From: Octopus bimaculoides
Taxonomy: Eukaryota
Assembly: GCF_001194135.2 (NCBI RefSeq)
Contig: NC_068985.1
Coordinates: 100,254,515-100,306,733 of the forward strand
Length of the DNA stretch: 52,219 nucleotides
Reading direction: 5' to 3'
Of the stretch, positions 11,830 to 25,195 are shown piece by piece. The notes below the pieces were generated by a model that saw nothing but the letters and a program-made list of their open reading frames with translations, was not told the DNA's origin and ran no database searches. The position numbers and the translations under genes are program-made. How positions within the stretch are numbered: position 1 is the first letter of the stretch; every line of letters starts with the position of its first letter.

Positions 11830-11900
<71 letters not shown>
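11775..11900. repeat. (AGAC)/(AGGT)/(AGAT)n tetranucleotide microsatellite
   Basis: Directly visible. Similar arrays occur at 17670-17760, 18172-18206 and 38860-38900. Confidence 0.97.
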
Positions 11901-11901
<1 letters not shown>

Positions 11902-13349
11902 AGGAGCACGGGGAAGTACGACACAAGTACGACACCCAACCAAGTTTGGGCTCAGTTATAAATATGAATTTTTACAAGGAAAAAAATATTGAGAGCAACT
12001 CCGATGATTCAGTTGGCTCACCGCTACCTGAGTGCGATGGCAAGTAAGCTTAAAATTCGAAGTCACTATCAGTCTTTTCTTTGTAATGGATCATAATATG
12101 CATTCTCCTAAATAAGTATTGGGTAATCATTCATATTAATATTAAATTGTTTTACATATATTTTGACATAAAACAAATATTAACACGTACATATAGGAGT
12201 ACACACAGACAGACACACAGACAGGTAGGTAGGTAGGTAAATAGATAGATTGATAAATAAATTCTTTTCTCTCTATTTCTGTATATTTCGTATAGAAACT
12301 GTTTTTGAACGTTCAGAACTTAATTCAGAAAGTCTAATTTTAGCCGCGAGTTATTGGAGGAGCGGAATATTAAATATTTCATAACGAAACAAAATTATTT
12401 AAAAATATTCTCACCACAAACGCATAAATAAATACACTCTTTAAGTTTTAACTGACATCGTAAAGTTATAGACTATATTGCTTAATAAACTTTTTTCGTA
12501 GAGGTCAGCGAAAATATATTCGTTGCCGCCGTCGATGTTGTTAGTGTTGTTTATGACATGTTAATACGGTTTTAAGGCGATTTGAACAGCATAACTGAAT
12601 CCTTCCCAATCTTTAAGAATATTTCGCCTTAGGATCTCTGATGACCTTTCATGACCAGTATACATTTATCAGCCAACGAAAGATCTTCTACGCAGCAGTC
12701 GCCGCTTCCCTGCAAGGAAGAGTAGCTTAATCTCTCTCAATATACATTTACTATCATAGGAAATAAAACAGTACACTGAATAACGTGATACTTTATAACA
12801 TGACTTGGCATGTAGCAGGGTGACGATGCGGTCCCAAGGCTACTGTTCAGAGAAGATATTTTGGCCTATGTATTTTTCTATTACTCTACAAGGCAGAAAC
12901 ATGATAATTCAAAATCTTATCTGACAAAAATCTTTTAGCCAATTGTCACCTATCATAGCTCCTAGACCTCTGACCTACCTGGTTCTACACCACTCCGACT
13001 TCATGCCTCTTTTTCTAATCCTTTTCACTAATTTTTTTAAATCCTTGTATTAAAGACATCATCGAAAACTTTCTCATCATTGCAAACTTTATCTGAAACG
13101 TAATTCCTTCTCACGTATACCTGCAGGCATTATTTTACTGGAGTTCACGTTGAATATCTGCTGCATGGAATTAGACAGCCTGGGAAATCTCTGGAACTGC
13201 TACTAGGCATATCTCCATTCATTAGATTAGATGATAAAATAACTTTGATATAATATGCTGGGGTGTTTGCAGATACCAATAAATCTTTCTGCTTTGTGTA
13301 TGACCGCGAATAAGGGAATATATTGAGTATACTCTTCCCATTGTTATAT

Positions 13350-13781
13350 ATTTCTTTATTGCACACAGGGGATAAAGATAGAGGTGGGAGACAAACAATG
13401 ACAGACAAAGGGATTAAGTCGATTACATCGAGTCCAGTGCGTAACTGGTACTTATTTAATCATCCTCGAAAGGATGAAAGGCAAAGGAGACCGCGGCAGA
13501 ATTTGAACTCAGGACGTAACGATAGACGAAACACCGCGAAGCACTTCACCCGGCGTGCTAACGATTCTTTTCTACTCTAGGCACAAAGCCTGCAATTTTG
13601 GGGGAATAGGTCAGTCGATTAGGTCGACCCCAGTACGAAACTGGTACTTAATTTATCGACCCCGAAAGGATGAAAGGCAAAGTCGACCTCGGCGGAATTT
13701 GAACTCAGAACATAGAGACAAACGAAAGACCGCTAAGCATTTCGCCCGGCGTGTTAACGTTTCTGCCAGCTCGCCGCCCCT
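13350..13781 (-). mobile_element. Head-to-tail dimer of SINE family B (tail 2 unit then head-less tail 1 unit)
   Basis: Minus strand: full B...gagtagaaaagaat|cgttagcacgccggg...gcaataaagaaa. The junction is near 13564-13568. Confidence 0.9.
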
Positions 13782-14527
13782 TTCTCATTGGTATTTAATT
13801 AAAATAATAGGACTGGACGCATTCCAGATGTAATTGCTTTTGAAGTTGAAAACTAATATAGCGGCAATGTATGCGATGTTTAGGGTTTAAATGGGATATA
13901 TATTGTGAAGTGCCTACACTATGAATAATCGGTACTTCTATTTACTTAACAATAACCAAACGCTATTCCCATATATTATTTACAATCGGGTTGATATGAT
14001 ATTATTCAGAAATGGAATAAAAAAAGAATTCGATGCGTGAACCAATGCACACGAGGAGAAAGTATGAAAGTGTTAACTGAATGAAATAAGGAAAAAAACA
14101 ATTTAAAAACATTGTGCCTCAAAAGGTGAAACCGTAACAAGATTCGTACACCATTTTAACTTGCTATTTTGGAGTGTGATGAAAGCTGACAATAATTCTT
14201 CATAATAATAAAAGAAGTTTAAAACTAAAAAGCAGCCATTAAAGATATTTTTTAATTATGTTAGTTAATTGTTTTAGATGATTAGTTCTGATTAATATCA
14301 GCCGACTAAATTAGTAACTGTCTTTTATGATTTATTATTAAGACACTTCGTTTTTTCCAATTATAACATTCACACAAATATTCATGGTTTTGGATAAATT
14401 AATCAACAATTGTTTTGGTATTTAAACATTTTTTTTCTCTTGCAAACTATATGAGGGCAATCACATAAATGAGTCAGTGCATATACATATATATATATAT
14501 ATACATACATATATACATATATACATA

Positions 14528-14595
<68 letters not shown>

Positions 14596-14726
14596 TTATA
14601 GAGAGAGAGAATGATCCAGATAAAAAGATTAAATCTTAGGTTTTTATGTACAAAATATATATATACATGTTTACATGTAAAAAGAGAAGGCAGGCTCAAA
14701 ATGTGTGTGTGCGTGCGTGTCTCTGG

Positions 14727-14774
<48 letters not shown>

Positions 14775-14778
<4 letters not shown>

Positions 14779-15044
14779 CTCCCCGAAGCTCCGGCAGGGG
14801 ATGGTGGTGAACCCTGCTGTACTCTTTCACCACAGCTTTATCTCACTCTTTCTTCCTGTTTCTGTTGTACCTTTATTTCAACGAGCTAGCCTTGTCACAC
14901 TCTGTGTCACGCTGAATCTTCCCGAGAATTACGTTAAGGGTACACGTGTCTGTGGAGTACTCAGCCACTTACACGTTAATATCAGAAGCAGGCTGTTCCG
15001 ATGATCAGATCAACTGGAACTCTCGTCGTAACCGACGGAGTGCC
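14775..15044 (+). mobile_element. 5'-truncated SINE family A with alpha tail
   Basis: aaagctcc..ggctccggcagggg...gtcgtaaccgacggagtgcc is homologous to 44910-45276. Confidence 0.9.
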
Positions 15045-15769
15045 ATGACATATCGCACAGCCGCTCCTGCGCCTACACGTATCTTTAGATCAGCTCAAAG
15101 TCACAGATTTTCCAACGTTACCAGATAAACTTTTCATTAAAGTACTCGCTAGAAACGTATATAATTGTGTGAGTAATACTTTAAGAAAAGCCTACCCTCG
15201 ATACATGGAGACAGCCAAGTGGAACGAAGATTTGTTTCACAGATTTTTCTCATTTATTTGCATGCACATTATTTTCCGTTTCAAAATGGCCGCCAACTGT
15301 TAACGAAGAAAAACAACGAAAAACCATTTTCTCTTTTTTTATAGAACCTGAATAATCTACGCATATAAATAACATCTTGATCCTTCTTTTACCTAAAGCT
15401 AGGCTTTCAAATTTTTCAATTCATTTCAGTTGTACGTATTCATTTTATGAATAACATATATATTGTTAAATTAATGGATACCCGTCAAATTCACAAATAT
15501 GTATATTCAGCTATTCACTACGATGATAGATAAATTTATTACTATTTTATATAAAAGTTTACTCTTTTATATTCTGGGGTAGGAAAGGAAGTGCGTCTTT
15601 CGTAAGGAGCAGCTAACAAAGTATGAAACGTTTCGTTAAGAGATTCAGCCTTGAATTGCCACACATGAAAAGCATAGAGACAATGTGGTTGAAATATTAT
15701 TTCATTTTCTGGTATGTTTCATTTAAATTTATTTCACTACTCGGTCTTTCCAATTTCTATTCGACCCTA

Positions 15770-16900
15770 TCACGTTCCCCATTTCCCCAACTCACTTCTT
15801 CCTTCCTTCAAACACGCCCGAAACCTACGTGTTCTACAGGTCCATAGTTCTCATTCCCGTTCGTCACTCTCATGCATCCTGGATCCTTCGCTTGCTCCAG
15901 AACCCGGTGCCACACCTGTCCGTTTATCACTAACACAACCTCCCTCAGTGGAACTAACCGACACACTTTTCACATCTGCGACACCTTCTCCTGTATCCCT
16001 TTTAGCATCATCTATGACACTGTTTGTCAACCATTTTTTACCCATGGATTACTTTGATTCCGATTTTACTCGGATGGATCCCAATATCCATTCCCTGTTT
16101 AAACGATCCTATTATATATATTTTTTTTATAATCAATCATCAGGAATTGTATTGAAATAATGTTATAATATTTTGTGTATTGCAGAAGTATGATTAATTT
16201 ATTGCAGTTAAATGTTAACAACAAAATCTTACATGGACCCTCCCCGCGCAATGGTCCTATGGCCCTCCAATGACAATATGGATCCCGGTTGAGAACCACT
16301 GGTCTATAGCCTCTAATGTACCCTTCATTATATGATCTATGGTCTCATTATATGTTGCACAATCTAGCCACCATCTAGACGACAGACTTTCAGAGCATTG
16401 ACTTGACATCCGCCTCCAAAAAGTACCGCCGTCACCCGTCGCTTTTGCTTGGCCAACCACTCCACCAAACATTTCACTGTCATCGTTCTGGCTTTACACC
16501 TTGGAACCACCTCCAGCAGACTTCGTCAGTAACGTTGCTGCATTTTCACAATACGTTCTCATACACCGTTTCAACACAGCTCCCTCCTCCTTCTTGTAAC
16601 AGCTTTCAACTTCCTTTTCCAATCTCATTCTCCTGTCCTTTTCTTTTCTCTCTCTATTTCTCTCTTACACACTACCACATGGACAACAGATATATCTACT
16701 GCACTCAAACACGCGCCCGCGTGTAGACACGAACCCATACACACTCCCACGCGCGCACACAAACACATAAACACACACAGTGTCACGCAGACTAACATAC
16801 ACATCAATTAGTCTCTCGACTACACGTCCTGCTACTGCTATATATCCTACTGCCACTGACCTCTTAGATGTATAAGCACAAACGCACGCACTCATATTCT
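15770..16900 (+). mobile_element. Penelope-like retroelement 3' remnant (Cys linker, GIY-YIG, LTR-like tail), interrupted by a MITE
   Basis: Peptide pieces across frameshifts: FPNSLLPSFKHARNLRVLQVHS; PGSFACSRTRCHTCPFITNTTSLSG...FSCIPFSIIY; after the insertion LYVAQSSHHLDDRLSEH*LDIRL. These fit the PLE FPxPPLxSFKRxxNL, CxxxRCxTC, xIY and YIGxTxRxLxDRxxEH motifs. Confidence 0.85.
16018..16301. mobile_element. hAT (Charlie-like) non-autonomous MITE
   Basis: TIRs cactgtttgtcaacc (16018-16032) and ggttgagaaccactg (16287-16301) match at 12/15 and resemble CAGTGGTTCTCAACC. The 8-bp flanks atctatga / gtctatag resemble a decayed NTCTAGAN target duplication. Confidence 0.8.
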
Positions 16901-16934
16901 ATCTTCTGAATCAAAACTCCCAAATATACGAACA

Positions 16935-17075
16935 CGTTAAACTGAATCTTCCTGAGAATGACACTCAGCGTACGCCTCTCCGTAGACTGCTCAATCACGT
17001 GTACGTTAATTTCACCAGAAGGCTCTTCCGTTGACCGGACCAACTGGAATACTCGTCGTCATAACTGATGGAAAA
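16935..17075 (+). mobile_element. Degraded alpha-tail SINE fragment
   Basis: ctgaatcttcctgagaa...gtacgttaatttcacc...caactggaatactcgtcgtc aligns to the alpha tail. Confidence 0.7.
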
Positions 17076-17670
17076 CCAGAAATTAGTAAAACAGATGTCT
17101 TACTTCTATTCATGAAAACAAAGGATTTAGTTGTCCAAAAATTTATTGAGAAACTTTATGGCCCAGAGTAATTTGCATAATTAAAATCAAAATGAACGGA
17201 GGAAAATAATTGAAAGAAGTCAGGAGATTGAATTTGAATTAGAAAAACAAATAATGTCACAATACCATGCAAGAAAAATTTACTTTATTCAAATGCGTAA
17301 TTTCAACTCAGAATAACAGTCGGAACAAATATTATACTGAATCACCGGGTTCGACTATGGGAAAATTCAGCTAATTTTCAATCTGGATTCATATTTAATT
17401 AATCATTCCCGAAAGAATGTCAGACATAATTTATCAGGCTAGTATTTGAAGCATGAACAGCTCCAATTCAATGTTTATTATAACAATAACAATTAGAAAT
17501 CATGATGACATCGACCTATTTACAATATTAAACATATGTAGAGTATAATTGGATGTATACATAAAGGCTTAAATAGTATATATATCATATATGATTCCAA
17601 AGTTTTACATGTTCCGCTCTAAATCATTATTCGTATTCTCCAATATATTTCTCATATTTTCTCATATTTT

Positions 17671-17743
<73 letters not shown>

Positions 17744-18132
17744 TTATCTATCTATCTATCTACACAGACATATGCATATATATACATACATGCATACATA
17801 CATACATACATATATATATATANNNNNNNNNNNNNNNNNNNNNNNNNNNNNNNNNNNNNNNNNNNNNNNNNNNNNNNNNNNNNNNNNNNNNNNNNNNNNN
17901 NNNNNNNNNNNNNNNNNNNNNNNNNNNNNNNNNNNNNNNNNNNNNNNNNNNNNNNNNNNNNNNNNNNNNNNNNNNNNNNNNNNNNNNNNNNNNNNNNNNN
18001 NNNNNNNNNNNNNNNNNNNNNNNNNNNNNNNNNNNNNNNNNNNNNNNNNNNNNNNNNNNNNNNNNNNNNNNNNNNNNNNNNNNNNNNNNNNNNNNNNNNN
18101 NNNNNNNNNNNNNNNNNNNNNNNNNNNNNNNN

Positions 18133-18206
<74 letters not shown>

Positions 18207-18207
<1 letters not shown>

Positions 18208-19494
18208 TAGGGAATTAGTAATAATGGCATACCTCTATCACGTGACGAGTGGAATGAGAGGTCATTATAAGTAAGGTGACGTCAGCCAGTATTGAAAGAG
18301 TATGAGTAAACTTGTTGATATAGTAATTATACTATGACTTTACTTTTCTTGCAAACATCAGCTCCACTAGTGAGTAGCCTGTTGGTGTATTCAGATTTGA
18401 TGTTACACGGTACACTATTAAACATTGTTGTAGAGCTACCTCAATCCTGCTTTCCTTATTTGCTTTTCTTAGAGCTCTTTTTGAATGTATCAACGCAGTC
18501 ATATGTTCTACCGCTAATATTTCACAATTTTTTTTTATTCACCAGAAACAAATTCCGTTCCATTGACATCAGTTACTTGTTCTAAGTATTTCATTTGTTT
18601 TTTCTTTTCAGCAAGAATTTGCACTTGCTTCACACCGAAGGGAAACATCTTAAATTTAATACAAGCTACGCTATGTATTAATTTTTTTTAAGAAATGTGA
18701 GCATGTGCAACTGAAAAATCGTGGAGCTGATGTTTGTAAGAAAAGTAAAGTCAGCTTTTGACAAATTGTTACCTGGTGAGAAAAGAAAAAAAGTATCAGG
18801 GTAGACACTGCAGAATTTTTAAAAGCTGGTGATAAGGTGTATAAGAGGACATACGAAAATGGAAAGCAGAACTGAGAAGAGGGCGAAATTACTAAATACA
18901 TAGTTAAACACTGTATCGGGTAAAAAGTAGAAAAGGCATACAAATTCGTGGAAAGCGAACCAAAGAAGCTGGAGTAACATATGGAATGGTTGTAGGATAC
19001 GTTTCAAGTACCAACGCCACTGCAGGTGATTGAACCCAGGCGTACAAGTGAAAGGAAAAGGAAACATACAGAGTTCCTGAAAATAGATGCCAAGAGAAAA
19101 AATATTAAATTGTTCGAAAAAATAAAATCAAAGATGATTGAATGAAAATATTATTGCTAAATAAAATGAATCTTCCTAAGAAAAGCTTTAAAGGGGAGAT
19201 GTTGTAGGCAATTAGTAATAATAGTACACACCTCTCACGTGACGAGTGGAATGAGCCTGTCACTATAAGATGACGTAGGCCAGTATCGAAAGGGTACATC
19301 GAACTGTGTTGAAAGTTGTGCATGTACTGATATAATAATTATACTGTGATACTGATTGGACTGTATAACGATCCAACCCTTGGGGGATAACACTGTTATA
19401 TTCCGAAGTCGTCGATAGTAACATCCTATCGACGACTTCGGAATATAACAATATCTATCAGAGCGACAACTGTCGTACAAAGACAGATACAACA
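18207..19494. mobile_element. Rearranged, internally deleted Gypsy LTR retrotransposon relic
   Basis: Minus strand 18335-18670: YKF..PFGVK, KYLEQVTDVNGTEF, DTFKRALRKANKESRIEVALQQCLIVYRVT...ELMFARKVKS (RT and integrase pieces). Plus strand 18721-19108: ELMFVRKVKSAFDKLLP...AGDKVYKRTY...PRRTSERKRK. Polypurine tract aaaggggaga at 19190-19199. Partial LTR copy at 18207-18337. Confidence 0.85.
19200..19494 (+). mobile_element. LTR (295 bp, TGTTGTA...TACAACA)
   Basis: Starts immediately after the PPT, has 7-bp terminal inverted repeats with TG...CA ends, and its 5' ~140 bp are repeated at 18207-18337. Confidence 0.88.
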
Positions 19495-19710
19495 GTGGCA
19501 AAAGACCGCTTTATAACACTATATATATGTATGTATGCGTATATACACACGCACACACATACATATACATATATAAGGAGGCGAAGTTGTTTTTAGCATA
19601 TACATACACACACGCGTGCGTTGCATCTCATGACATTTTTATATATGCGCAGTTATATCCACTTGTATTCGTGCGTCCATATATATAATATTAATATTAT
19701 ATAAGCGGGT

Positions 19711-19753
<43 letters not shown>

Positions 19754-22700
19754 CTTTTACTCTATCAAAATATACGTCTAACTATTGATTATACTTGATG
19801 GAATTATCTATCATTCATTTCTATCCTTTTGTCGATCATTCAATCGATTCGATTTCATTTTCTAGCTTTAATTTTCTGACTCTTCATTTCTTATCTTTTA
19901 CCTTTTTTTTGTTTCTTTGTCTTTTCGTCTTGACTGTCAATTTCCTTCAAATCTACTTAATATTCTAAAGTAAAATTTCTAGATTATTGCAGATTTTACT
20001 CGTAAACAGGTTCCTAGGACATGACTTCAATAGGGCTTCCGCATTCATATTGACAGCATTTGAAAAGCTTTAGCATGGCGGTATGTTAACCTATTTTCTT
20101 GAGTGAAACTAAAAAGCAGATGAATTATTATTCTTCAGTAGAAATGTCGCGAGCGAAGGAAAATTATTGGTAATGGAAGTAAAAAAAGAGAAAACAGGAA
20201 ATCACTCGCACGTCAAACACATCTTTTACTTACGTAAGCATCTCTCGTCTGCTTGACTGTCTGGAGTTTCTGTTATCGTTAATATAATTTCTTTTATTGT
20301 ATCCTAGTTGTCATTGTTGCTGTGATGTTGTTGTTTTTTGTTGCTGTTGGTTAGACCCAGTCAATACTGGTTGCATAGTTCTATGCATAGATACATTCTG
20401 TGATCATCTCAAACCTTTATTTTCTATCCAATGTGATCTTTATGTTGCTGGTCTTTCTAGCACATTAAGTAACCAGGTAGAGCTGTTTTCCTCCTGATTC
20501 TCATGGTTGTTAATCTAATATGAAACCCTGAGGGTTCCTTGGAATTCATATGTAATCCCAATACCTTGATCTAAACGACTGTGGCCACCGATTTGTCATT
20601 TATAACATACTCCCATGATGTGATGCATCTCAGCAAAATTATGTCAACCGGGTTACTTATGTTAAATATAAGTTTCCTGTCCAACTGTCGCAATAATATC
20701 TCTGAGATGGAATCGTGAATTAAATCTCAGGCTTCTTCCTTTTAGCTCGATCGTTTAAATATATTTATGATAAATTCAAATTGCGATAAACGTAAACAAA
20801 CAAACGAAGTTTGCTTTTAGAAGCGTTGAGATGTCTTAGAAAGTTAAAGAAGTGATTTTAAATTTTCAATCGCAGGATAATGCTAATAATATAGCCTGAA
20901 CTGGATAAACTACCCTTATTTTGCAGAAAATATTTATTTCATATATCTGGCCATTGTGAACTCTCGTCCTATTACGGGGAGATTTTAAATACAGTTTCAA
21001 ATGTAATACTGATGTCTCTGATCGGAGATATTTTAATAGTACGGCTTTATACTGTAGTAAATAATGTTTCTTTTATAAGTGTGATGAGAAGAATTTTGGA
21101 AAAGAATAGGGATGTACTTTTCCAGTGATTTTAACATTGTAAGTGGAATTAGATATTTCAAATCAGGAACTGAATTAAACCTCACGGAATTGAATTGTCG
21201 AAGTTTCCTTTATGCTTTGCACCGCCTTTATTCCTCTAACGATGTAAATAAGGAGTCAAACTTCCTTCTTATTCGAGGAGCGATATATTACCCATGCAGC
21301 TATTTGCTAATATTTCAATATCTTCAATAATTACTGCCATTCGATATAGCAATATTTTCAAATTAGGAAACTACACAGTTCATTAAAATGTTTTAAGCGA
21401 ATAAAGTTTTATCTAACACTACACACTGTACAAAGCTGTCAGCACCACACTCGAGGCAATTTTAAAAGTAGCAGAGAGTTGGTATTCAAATTGTATGTTT
21501 CGCGTAATTAAATTTTATCATGTTGCTTTCCTATAATCACAAATACATCTTCAGGCCGTCGTTTTATTTTATTACATTTATTTTTGTAAGTGTTTCGTTT
21601 TAAAACATTCACCATTTAAGCTTGCATAGAAAAATGTATGATATTTTTAGCAAATACGATGACCAAAATGAATTAGGAAATGGAAGAACAATATTTTTTT
21701 CGCAATCATTTTGGTAACCATGTTGATAAACTAACCCAGACATTTATTGGTTTGGTTTCAAATAAACATTCTATCTCCTTTACCTTATTTCACCATGCGA
21801 CAACTATAACATTACCATAAGTGTATTTAAAATTATATTTCCCAGGCAACCCCTTTTTCACCACTATTGTCTAGATGCCAATTTCATACAACAAACAGGT
21901 AACAATTTTTCGAACAAAGACCGCAAACCGATTTCGTTTTTCAGTTGATGCCAATTCACTTTTAAAGATAACATATTTGTGGAAAGATAATAATGTCACA
22001 AGTTCACATGCTACTGTAAAGTTTACCTTTGTGCCTGAGGAAGAAATCAATAAAGAGAATGTGCGTGTGTATGTGTTTAATAATAATTGCATATTTAACT
22101 GCGTATGATAACCTGATTGTTGGTCGGATACGTAATTATTCAATGGAGGTTACGTTTACCGCTGTAAGCAGTTTAATTAATGCATAAACGATAAATTAGC
22201 TTTAAGCGCTTTGTTTTAATCCTAAAATTTGTATGCCTTGGTGAGAATAGGAATCACCTTGGGTAATTTTCTGCAAATGCAATTTATGGAAAGAAGGATT
22301 TTACCTTTTATGCAACTCCGTAATGTCTTCTAGGACTCAGTTAAAGAAAAGAGAGTGGGTTATTTTATAGTGTAGAAATGGATAACGAAATGTAAGGTTC
22401 CACTTCTGAACAACTTTAATGATCGCAGGTTGTTAAAAGTAAATGTGTACTCGTGGGTCTCATAATTAAGTCTGTTATTTAATGCACAATTAATTTGAAT
22501 AATTATTCATTTTAAAGTTTATATATTAGAAATATAGTATTTCAATATTTACTTGCATATAATGCAATTTGAGAGTTAGTAGACGTAATGAAATATCAAC
22601 TAATATAGAGTAACACACTTCCTTATTAAGACCAACTTAGATAATTAAAGTCGAAGCTCCATGTAACTTATAAATAGATGAGACCTATTTAAGTACACAT

Positions 22701-24118
22701 TTTATTAATTAAATTTGATTATAATTATCCATGAAACGATATGAGCTTCGTTAATCCCGTTCTAATCATTCTTGAGAACTTTGCAATCATTTATGAGTGG
22801 TCATGGTGTCGCTGACTAAGAATGCAAGCAATTACAAGACGTCCATAATACTTTAAAGTTCCTGAAATGCCGTTAATTATTTTTTTCAAGTGATTCCTAT
22901 TCTCGATATTAATAATGAACAATTACATACATTATAACTATAACATTCGAGTCATCTTAGATATTAAGTAACTGAATAGACGATCACGTGGCAGTTCTTT
23001 ATATCCATTTGTTTTCGGTTTTAATTTTGTCTTTATGAAGACAAAGAGATAAACATAGAATATGTGTCACTTGACTTTTCCATTGCCAAGAAAAATAAAT
23101 AAGAATGACAGTTTTATTCGTATTCCATGCGCATTTTTTTTTTTTTTAAGTTTGAAGTAAATACAATGTTAATATGACATTTCCAAAGACATCAAGAATG
23201 TTATTGAAGCGAAATTCCTACAATCGAAACTTAAAGCATAAAAGTAGAATCATTTCAGTGGAAAGCATAATTCATTCGCTGGAAAATTTGAAGTGGATCT
23301 TCTGGCACCACCCCACTAAAAGAGGAGGAAATATGTGGGAGTGCAACGATATTTAATCTGTTCAACAGAGGATCGAATTACCTCATAAAAATCTCAGCAA
23401 CGGACCTCCTGAACGTTTTCTATCTTTTCAAATACTTTATATTGTCTACACATAAGAATTTATTACATAGTTAACAGGCCATATATTTTACAGAATTTAA
23501 ATGAGATACATGATCTCTCAAAGGAGTGACGAACATGAAATGGAACTGATACACGCTGAAATTGTACCTCACTAACAGATTCCAGTCACTTTATTTTGTG
23601 TGAACCGTTGCTTCGAAGTAAATAGTCAAACGATACATACTTATATTTTCTGATCGACAATGAGTGAGCGATAAGTTCTATCCAGCAATGGGGAGAAAAC
23701 AAAAAGAATAACCTGGGAAATCTACTGACAATTTGTTTCTATTCTTCAACAGTAGAAAATATTTCATTTTTTGCAAATTATATTCAATCAGTTAATGTTA
23801 CAAATTCTGAGTTTCTGATATTGTTCTACATGCGTGAAGAAAAATAATGCCAATCTTAGTGAATTCATCTAAACATGTCTCAGCAACCAAATGTATGAGT
23901 CACCCCACGATCGATCAACACGATAAGATAGCAACCGCAACTTAATTAAATCGCACGTTGTTATTTAAAGATAGAAAAGTCATATTAGATAACATAAAAT
24001 TAGATACCTAAAAATACGAGGGAATTAAAGCTGAAACGTCATTGATAACATAAATATATAAATATGCGAATATTTGCGTATATCTGCATGTGTGTATATA
24101 TATTTGTGGGGTGTGAAA

Positions 24119-24260
<142 letters not shown>

Positions 24261-24527
24261 AAAATCCTTTGCCTCTCTGTCTATTCCCAATGCATTCTCA
24301 AACGGCCAAACCGAATCAAATCAAATTTTACATGGTAATACTATCAGATACTGTGAGTGACAACATGTAATGATTTTTGTCATTTGGATTAAAACAATAT
24401 TGGCACTGGTTCGGTTTTACATGTCAAAAGTCATAGAATAAAAGTGAAGGAATAACATCAATATTGTAATGATATATTTTGTTCACTTTTATAGGTTTAC
24501 TTTTAATTCCACCCACCACCACCACCA

Positions 24528-25195
24528 CCACGACATCACGTTTTGTATATGACTGTGTATATTTCTGTGAATGTATGTATGTGAGTGTATGAGTGTGTAT
24601 ATATTTCACAGTGTGTGCGTCTTTCCGCGTTAGGTACCTTATTAAACATACTATATCTATGTGAGGGCTGGTCAGTGTCAATATGAAATTCTATTTTGAT
24701 TTCGATTATTATCATTTCGATTAAAACAATATTACATTTTGTATAATTTTTCTATTGCCAACTGGACATTTTATACCACGACGACATCGCATTTTGTATA
24801 TGACTGCGTATCTATCTGTCAGTGTATGTGTGTAAGTGTATGAGTGTGTGTGTGTGTTTGTGTGCCTTTCTGCGTTAGGTACCTTATTAAACATACACAC
24901 ATCTACACATACATATACATATATAACGACTGACGTGCGTGAATGTGTGTCTGTGTGGTTACCTTCGTATATGTATGTGGGTTATGTGGGTGTATGTCAG
25001 GAACATTTTATACCACGACTACTACGACGACGCCACATTTTGTGTATGAGTGTATATCTGTCTGTTAGTGTATGAGTGTGTATGTGTCTGTGAGTGTGTG
25101 TGTTTCTGCGTTACGTACGTTATTAAACGTACACACATCTACACATACCTATACATATGTGACGAATGACATGCCTGGATGTATGTATGTGAGTG
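24528..25195 (+). repeat. Three degenerate tandem copies of a ~240-bp unit
   Basis: gcgttaggtaccttattaaacatac at 24627-24651 and 24872-24896 (identical) and at 25108-25132 (22/25). Each copy is preceded by cacgac...ttttgtrtatga. Confidence 0.85.

Noticed and set aside
12600-12735. Exon-like GC patch with acceptor-like sites on both strands
   Set aside because: The frames are short (under 35 codons), with no recognisable motif and no good donor.
12940-13100. Possible mariner C-terminal (SPDL/SDF-like) remnant
   Set aside because: Similarity requires several frameshifts and is too weak to call.
15256-15294. Octamer (ATTTGCAT), TTCCG and YY1-like (CAAAATGGCCGCC) motifs within 40 bp
   Set aside because: Short motifs are expected by chance in 52 kb, and there is no associated gene start or CpG island.
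24528-25195. CRISPR-like repeat-spacer appearance
   Set aside because: Eukaryotic context, only three degenerate units, a ~240-bp period, microsatellite spacers and no cas genes.
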